From assembly GCA_951406725.2 (NCBI GenBank), contig OX597828.1, forward strand, positions 77,438,001 to 77,502,000: a stretch of DNA of 64,000 nucleotides, in the 5' to 3' direction. Position 1 is the stretch's first letter. Every line of letters starts with the position of its first letter. The notes beneath the pieces were generated by a model that had not been told where the DNA came from, did no database searches, and saw nothing but the letters and a program-made list of their open reading frames with translations. Source of the DNA: Octopus vulgaris (Eukaryota). Below, in pieces: positions 56,270-64,000 of this stretch. Position numbers and translations under genes: made by a program.

Positions 56270-57010
56270 CCATTCATGAAAAATATGATCAGAAATTCGT
56301 AAATTCCTTAACGAAACAACTATAAGTTACAGTTAGACAAAATACCATCAATATGAAGTGCAAACTTTGAAGGCCCCAAACAGTCTCCAAGAAAACAACT
56401 GCAACTGCAGAACACATCAGACCTGATCCTTTAACGGGTTAAGCAAAATATTTACTGATCGAATGTAAAATCTCAACTGAGTAACACAAAGTCCAGTATA
56501 GCTTTTCATGTGTAATAATTGCTTCTTCAATAAACATTCACCTTCATCAACTAGAATGAAAGAAGGAATTGTCTGTTTTATCCTCGTGAAAGAACGATGC
56601 GTTAACAAAAACACACTGCACACACAAATGAACAAAAAATACTTTAATCAGAAGAACCGAGTTAATGTCGATATGCCCACACGAAATCAAGTTTTACCTG
56701 AGAAATTAAACCTTGGAAATAGAACCTAATTAATATAGTGGATGTAAATAAAATAATTTGTCATAAAACGGTGACACAACATCTCTTGATACGGAACACA
56801 AACGTTAATCTCGATAACATTTTATGCATTTTTTAAATAGACATATGATCTAATGATTGCCTTTGCAGCAAGAAACTTGAAGTAGTGGGAAAGTAGCAAA
56901 CTTTAATCAAGATATAATACATTGACTCTTATGAATATATTGAGTATTCTTCACAGTGGTCGTACTACCACTTGAGAATAGCATACATGTAGATCTTATA
57001 CTTATCTTAT
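56270..57010 (+). mobile_element. Decayed PLE 3' part: endonuclease-region remnants plus pLTR
   Basis: ISYS*, NCNCRTHQT*SFNG (like CNCR...CPLNG), LIRRTELMSICPHEIKFYLRN* (56644-56709), then an HHR motif and (TA)n. Confidence 0.65.
56850..56884 (+). ncRNA. Hammerhead motif in a PLE pLTR (G5A mutated)
   Basis: CTAATGA TTGC-CTTTGCA-GCAA GAAA CTTGAAG TA. Confidence 0.55.
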
Positions 57011-57018
57011 GCATATGT

Positions 57019-57104
<86 letters not shown>

Positions 57105-57147
57105 GTGCGTGCGTGTGTGTGTGTACACATATATATGTAGATAGAGA

Positions 57148-57218
<71 letters not shown>

Positions 57219-58154
57219 ATACACATACATGCATATATACATTTATATATGTGTGTATACATAGCGATATACACACGCAAAGGAATGAAATGAATAGATT
57301 CTTGTATATTTACGTATTTGTGAATATATATATATATATATATATATTCATAAAATTACACACACGCACACACATCCGCCGTACATGCTCATACACATAC
57401 ACACCCATATGTAGTCGTACATCATTTCTTCTACTTATGTCGTACGTCATTCATTTTTACCTTAATCCTCTTCCTACGTATGAAACAAGCACACATACAC
57501 GCATATACATATAGACATATTTACATATACATGCACATACACAGACATATGTATACACGCATGAATAAATGTACATACATACATACATATCTTGAATAGG
57601 AAGTCAACTTTCATCACAAAACATAGAATGCTTCTCTTCAATTCAGCGATAATAAATTTTACAACATGGCCGACATATAATGAGATTTTAGGTTTATAGT
57701 TTCTTTGCTATTGTTGTTGATGTTTTTTTTTTCATTCTTTTTCAAGCATTTTCTTTATTTTGTTTGCATGTCTTTAATATTTTTTTTACTCTTCTTATTT
57801 TCACTTCTAAGTCTTCATGTTCTTCTCCATGTTCCAGTTTTTCCTCCTTCAACAATTTCTTCTCCTACATCTTCACACTATACAAGTTCTCATATCAACA
57901 TCCTTCATAGATTTTTTCTTTCTTCATTTCTGTTTTCTTTTTGTTTTTTGCTACTTTCTCTTCTTCCTCTTCGCGATTTTTCTTTCTCTGACATCGTTAT
58001 TCTTCTCCTTATTCTCTTTACTCTGATCCATTCCTACCTAATCTTCTTCTCGCTCTTCTTACTCTTCTGTATTTTAGCTTCTTCAATTTCTATATCGTCG
58101 TCTTCTACCTATTAGTATTATTGTTGTTGTTGTTACTGTTTTTATCTTTATTAC

Positions 58155-58403
58155 TGAGGCGGCGTGGAGGAAGAATCGTAAGCACGACGGACAAAATTGC
58201 TTAGTGATAATTCTTCCGGCTCTTTGCATTTTCAGCTCCAATGCCACCGAGGTCATCTTTGCCTTTCATCATTTCGTTTTCGATAAAGCAAATACCTGTA
58301 GAGTACTGGGTTTGCCATGATTGATTTACCCCACCACCACCACCACAAAATTGCTGGTTTTGTGCTTAAGTTAGAAATTACTATAATAATAATAATAATA
58401 ATA

Positions 58404-58444
<41 letters not shown>

Positions 58445-58660
58445 GGCAGCAAGCTGGCAGAATCATTAGCACATTGAGTGAAATGAAATGCTTTGTGGTA
58501 TTTCGTCTGTTGCTGCGTTCTGAGTTCAAATTCTGCTGAGGTCGACTTTGCCTTTCATTCTTTCGGAGTCGATAAATTAAGTACCAGTGAAACACTGGTG
58601 TCGATGTAATTGACTTATCACTTCCCCGAAATATGAGGCCTTTTGCTTCCAGTTGAAAGG
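58155..58660 (+). mobile_element. Two SINE family A copies separated by (TAA/TTA)n
   Basis: Copies at 58155-58375 and 58440-58660. Confidence 0.75.
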
Positions 58661-58754
<94 letters not shown>

Positions 58755-58762
58755 ATATTATT

Positions 58763-58848
<86 letters not shown>

Positions 58849-58854
58849 CATTAT

Positions 58855-59300
58855 TGAGTGAGAGAGCAGTTCATGCCATCAAAGTGACACTGGGGTAAAA
58901 TATACGAAGCCCAGCATGCCCATCATGACTACCCGTCTGATAAGGGTACACCAGGTACATGCATCATAACCATATGTGCGCGACATGGTGATCTCATATC
59001 AAGATAAACAGCACATGACCTTGCAGGTGGGGCCCAGTTAGAATTTTCTTCAGGTCGAGTAGCCCATCCTGCTCAAAAGGTCCCTGAATAAGGGTTGCTT
59101 TAGGATGTTGAACGAAACACCTATGTTTCCAGAGGTGAATTATTCAAACCCCAAAGAATCCCTCTCAACACATGGCTATGATGCTCCCCAACAACTTCTG
59201 CTCGTGATCAGAGATGCACATATCGTCAGCCACTAAGGGACATAGTCAACTGGTTAAGGTCAAACAACTGACAAGCAAATCTGTGGTATTGAGCAGAATA
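58855..59300 (-). mobile_element. Non-autonomous repeat family D (~445 bp) inserted in (TAA)n
   Basis: Flanked by (TTA)n on both sides. A partial copy lies at 9585 and a 20-bp end copy TGAGTGAGAGAGCA at 34796. Confidence 0.7.
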
Positions 59301-59418
59301 TTATTATTATTATTATTACCAATCCAATAAATCCGCTGTCCTTCATTCTATATCTTTCCTCTCCACCCCATCACTCTCTCTCTCTCACTCTCCTTCTCTC
59401 ACTCTGTCTCACTCACAC

Positions 59419-59462
<44 letters not shown>

Positions 59463-59924
59463 CTCTTTTATTACCTCTAACACAATCCTTTTATTCTTAC
59501 TTTCACTTTCCTCCTCGCTTCTTCCTCCCCCTTTTCCCTCCATTTTATTCTCCATCGCTGATAACGCAACTCAAATCAATTCAAATCCACTTAGTTCTTC
59601 TTCTTCTTCTTCTTCTTTCCACTTCCCCTCCTCTCACCACTCCACATCATCCCACTCTTCCTCAAAGACTTATTCACTCACACACTTGTCACTCTCTCGC
59701 TACCACTACTGCGATGACGACGGCGACGACCATTCCACTACTACTAGTACTACTACTACTATTGGTATTACTAACTACTGCTAGATACTTTATTCAAACA
59801 GTACTCTGTCCTCCTCCTCCTCCTCCTACTCCTACTCCTACATATTACAAGTGTCATCGTTAGAACAGATTTTCAGTGCTGGTTGTACTGGTATAGCAAC
59901 ATCAACATTTATGAAAATAATTAT

Positions 59925-60197
59925 GAAGATGATGATGATGATGATGACGACGACGACGATGATGATGATGATTATGATGATAACGACGACGGTGGTGATG
60001 ATGATGATGATGATGAGGAGGAGGAGGAGGAGGAAGAGGAGGGGGTGATAACGACGATGACGATGATGATAACGACGACAGTGGTGATGATGATGATGAG
60101 GAGGAGGGGGATGATAACTACGACTGTGGTGATGATGATGATGATGATGATGATGGTGACGTTGATGATGATGGTGACGTTGATGATGATGATGGTA

Positions 60198-60241
<44 letters not shown>

Positions 60242-60245
60242 AGTA
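59925..60245. repeat. (GAT)n/(GAG)n compound repeat
   Basis: Direct reading. Confidence 0.9.
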
Positions 60246-60728
60246 ATAATAATAGTTCCCTTAATAACAATACTGATGAAAGATAAGCAACGAATAACTT
60301 GCATATTTATTGATGCTTTTTCGGTATTTTCGATGGATCTTTTAATATTTTGTGGGAAAAGAAATTTAAATGGCGTGATTTTGTTCACAAATTCCATTGA
60401 TGACATTTGCATGTAATGTAATATGACAAATTCTTGCATTAATATTGCGTATATAGAATGGAAAAGAATGAGTGGATCAGCTCGGTGTTTCCTTCTATAC
60501 ATGGGATTAAATAGGTTTCATTCGGAAGAAAATTTCACGGTATTGTTACTTGCTGGTTGGCAGAAACCTTGGCGTATGTATATGTAATTATGTATGTGTG
60601 TCTATATCTATGTATTCTATATCATATATATATATATATACAGAAAGGGGAGGATATATAGATAGATGGATAGATAGATAGATAGATAGACAGATATGAT
60701 AGGCATACGCACGCGCATAAGTATACAC

Positions 60729-60806
<78 letters not shown>

Positions 60807-61064
60807 ATTTGTGTATGTGTGCATGTATATATATGTGTGTATGTATGTGTATATATATATGTATATATAAAACTGAGCTATTCGTGAACAACCCAATCGA
60901 GTGGGGGATGCTCTATACTCTACCCTACGTATTGAGTTCTATGTCGGATAACGTCTGCACTACTTAAAATATATTTTGAATATATACACATGCAAATGCA
61001 TAGACACATGCAGAAACACACACAAATATATTTAAAATACATATGTGTATGTACGTTTGTATTC

Positions 61065-61154
<90 letters not shown>

Positions 61155-61159
61155 ATTCT

Positions 61160-61408
61160 TTTATTATTTTATTTGTTTCAGTCATTTGACAGTGTCCATG
61201 CTGGAGTGCCGCCTTTGGTTGAATAAAATGACCCCAGGAATTATTCTTTGTAAGCCTAGTACTTATTATATCGGGTTCTTTTGCCAAACCGCTAAGTTAT
61301 GCGGGCGTAAATACACGAACGTTGGTTGTGAAGCGACGGTAGAGGACAAACACAAATACACAAATACATATACACACATATATATGTATATATATACGTG
61401 TATGTATA

Positions 61409-61451
<43 letters not shown>

Positions 61452-61455
61452 TTAC

Positions 61456-61489
<34 letters not shown>

Positions 61490-61698
61490 ATATACATATA
61501 CATATACATATACATATATATACATATATATATACGACGCGTTTCTTTCAGTTTCCGTCAACCAAATCTACTCATAAGGCGTTGGTCGGCCTGAGGCTAT
61601 AGTAGAAGACACCTGCCCAAGGTGCCACGCAGTGGGACTGAAGCCGGAGCTATGTGATAGGGAAGCAAGCTTCTTACCACATAGCCACTCCTGCGCCT
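61160..61698 (-). mobile_element. SINE family B, full length with long internal microsatellite
   Basis: Head 61535-61698, tail 61160-61350. Confidence 0.8.
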
Positions 61699-61737
61699 GT
61701 ATATATGTGTGAATGTGTGTGTGCGTCTGTGCGTGTG

Positions 61738-61817
<80 letters not shown>

Positions 61818-62249
61818 TGTGTCTGTGTCTGTGTCTGTGTGTCTTTGTGTGTGAATAAGGTTGTCTATAGATTGAGAATTAGTATGCAATATTGACTGAA
61901 TAAAGACTATACCTAAATATTAATTAAATTTGTTATAAAATAGCTTGAAATAGGATTTCGCGCTTCCCTTAATCGTTTATTTAACCAACTCTAAATACAT
62001 TCTTTTCATTGTTTTAAAGACAAATTTTAAAACTTCATCTTCTGAAAATAGATCTTAGATGGCAATTTACAACTGATGAGAAACTTCCTAAAGAAAGTAA
62101 AATGAATGCGTTTTATTACTGGGAGTAAATTTCTGAAAACAGAATTAACTGTTAATGAAAGAAGGATGAAAAGATAAAGGAACTAAACCGAGGGAGTAGC
62201 TGTGATTGTTAGTTAAATTGGGTAATTACCGAGCTGTTAATTTTATCAA

Positions 62250-63170
62250 ATTCATTATCGGGCCGACACTTTACATTAGATCTGAATAACTTTAGCTACT
62301 GCGCACACAGAAAATCGACTGAAAAATACAATGTAGTCAAATTCTCTAATCACCCGAAGGAAATTACAGACAGTTTAGTCTGCAGTATTTCACTCAGAAT
62401 ATCCAGTCTATCTACTTATGAAACGTTTTTTAAAGAACATTCAAATAATAAAGCTATAAACACTATACAGTAAAAATAAATTGTGTTCATTCACCCAACA
62501 GCAAATGGAACAAGAGAAATGTTTGCCCCTTCTTGGAAAATGTCTAACTGCACCACATACAGACCCTGTCATTTTACCACTTCTGCCTCCTCAACCCTTT
62601 TCCTCTGTAATCTACAGCTTCTTCCTTCATTCTGTGCATTAATGCCTCATTTTCACGTATTTCACGTATCGGATTAACGGAAAACTCTTTCGAAAGTTGA
62701 TTTAACTAACATACACACACCTTTAATAACCCAAATAAAAAAGAACAGCACCCCTGCATCTGCATACGTATGATTATTAAAAGCATCATCCAAAATCCCA
62801 TACAATATCTTTTGAGAAATCAAAACTTACAAATTCAGCAAAACAACCCAATCCAAAGATTGGGTCATTGGTTCTTGCGAAATTTTAGTCGCTGACCGAA
62901 ACCTATAAAATAAACATTCTGAAATCATTCCCTCGTGTCAATACAGAAGTTACAAAGATTTGAAACCCTTACAATTCGCAAACAGATAACCCACGGGATT
63001 CACAAATCAGTAGCGTCATTCTCTTTTTAATAACTCACTTATTGGTTAATTACCAGGGTGTTAGTTTTATCGATTTTAATATCGGGTCTATACTTCATAG
63101 TGATTCCCAGTACATATAAGAATTTACCTGATTTTTGAAAATATTAATTTATATTTATCTTATTTATATC
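62250..63170 (+). mobile_element. Decayed PLE (RT thumb to C-terminus plus pLTR)
   Basis: From 62276: LDLNNFSYCAHRKSTEKYNVVKFSNHPKEITDSLVCSISLRISSLSTYETFFKEH. From 62909: NKHSEIIPSCQYRSY. Confidence 0.7.
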
Positions 63171-63530
63171 TTTGTTTTTTTATAGATTATGTATTCACCT
63201 TTATTTAGGAATTATCCGAAAATATGGAAGTCCTCTTATTCCTTTTTTTATAAGTCGAGCATCGCTTCCATTTTGTATTGGTTTATGTACATGTATCGTT
63301 TCATATGTATGTGCATGCGGGTGTGGTTAGGCTCATTTTTATATGTATATATGTATATGTAATGCCTGCGCATATGTTTATATGCGTACATATGTGAGCG
63401 TATATGCAAAAATGTGCGCATGCATTTATGTGCATATAAACTGATACAGATTTATTTATTCATGTTTATGTCTGTATGTACGCTTGCGCATATAACGATA
63501 TTATATCTGTAGTTCTTCCAAACCCCCCCC

Positions 63531-63593
<63 letters not shown>

Positions 63594-63659
63594 TACATAC
63601 ACACGTCCAGACCTCTTATACGCACTACATACTCTCTCATACTCACACACACCCTTTGT

Positions 63660-63955
63660 TGGGGCGTTGGTCATTTGACCCTGTTATCTCCCCTATTTTC
63701 GCTCTTGCGTCTCACGTTTGATCTTTGACTTCTGGCCGGAATCAGATCGCCATGTTGATTCGCTAGCCTCTGCACGCATTTTTTTCTCTCCGTCTTTCTT
63801 TCTGTGTTTCTTTTCTGTGTATCTTTCTGTTGAAGAACGTAGGCTCGAAACGTAAAAGACTTGTTTTATTTATATTCCTGAGCGCCATACTAATACAATT
63901 GTTTGTTTGTATTCCACCTGCCTTCATCTTTTGTTTATTTTCATAAAGCTTCGCG

Positions 63956-63958
<3 letters not shown>
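63660..63958 (+). mobile_element. pLTR-like repeat with HHR motif, ending in (TA)n
   Basis: Homologous to 18960-19150(-). Confidence 0.6.
63822..63859 (+). ncRNA. Minimal hammerhead ribozyme motif (A6U family)
   Basis: TCTTT CTGTTGAA GAAC-GTAG-GCTC GAAA CG TA AAAGA. Confidence 0.6.

Positions 63959-64000
<42 letters not shown>

Overview
AT-rich, microsatellite-saturated eukaryotic DNA. The repeat content is typical of an octopod cephalopod genome (inference). I found no convincing host gene; almost all listed ORFs are translations of simple repeats. The window is a patchwork of mobile elements: (i) R4/Dong-type RLE LINE fragments in (TAA)n, including a 2.4 kb copy with RT, CCHC and PD-(D/E)xK endonuclease; (ii) RTE-type LINE 3' ends in (TATG)n, one with three C2H2-like fingers; (iii) several tRNA-derived SINE families; (iv) a mariner MITE; (v) many decayed Penelope-like element (PLE) pieces next to (TA)n. 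The main hidden signal is a set of about 8 recognisable minimal type-I hammerhead ribozyme (HHR) motifs with palindromic stem III, from several unrelated repeat families. They include a near-intact GUC-cleaving copy (56053-56133), a U3:A8 core variant (29855-29898), a family with A6U in both copies, and a tRNA-SINE-like element carrying an HHR (retrozyme-like). Fold-back junctions and a covarying hairpin accompany them. All structures were read by eye and need Infernal and folding confirmation. Repeat boundaries are approximate.
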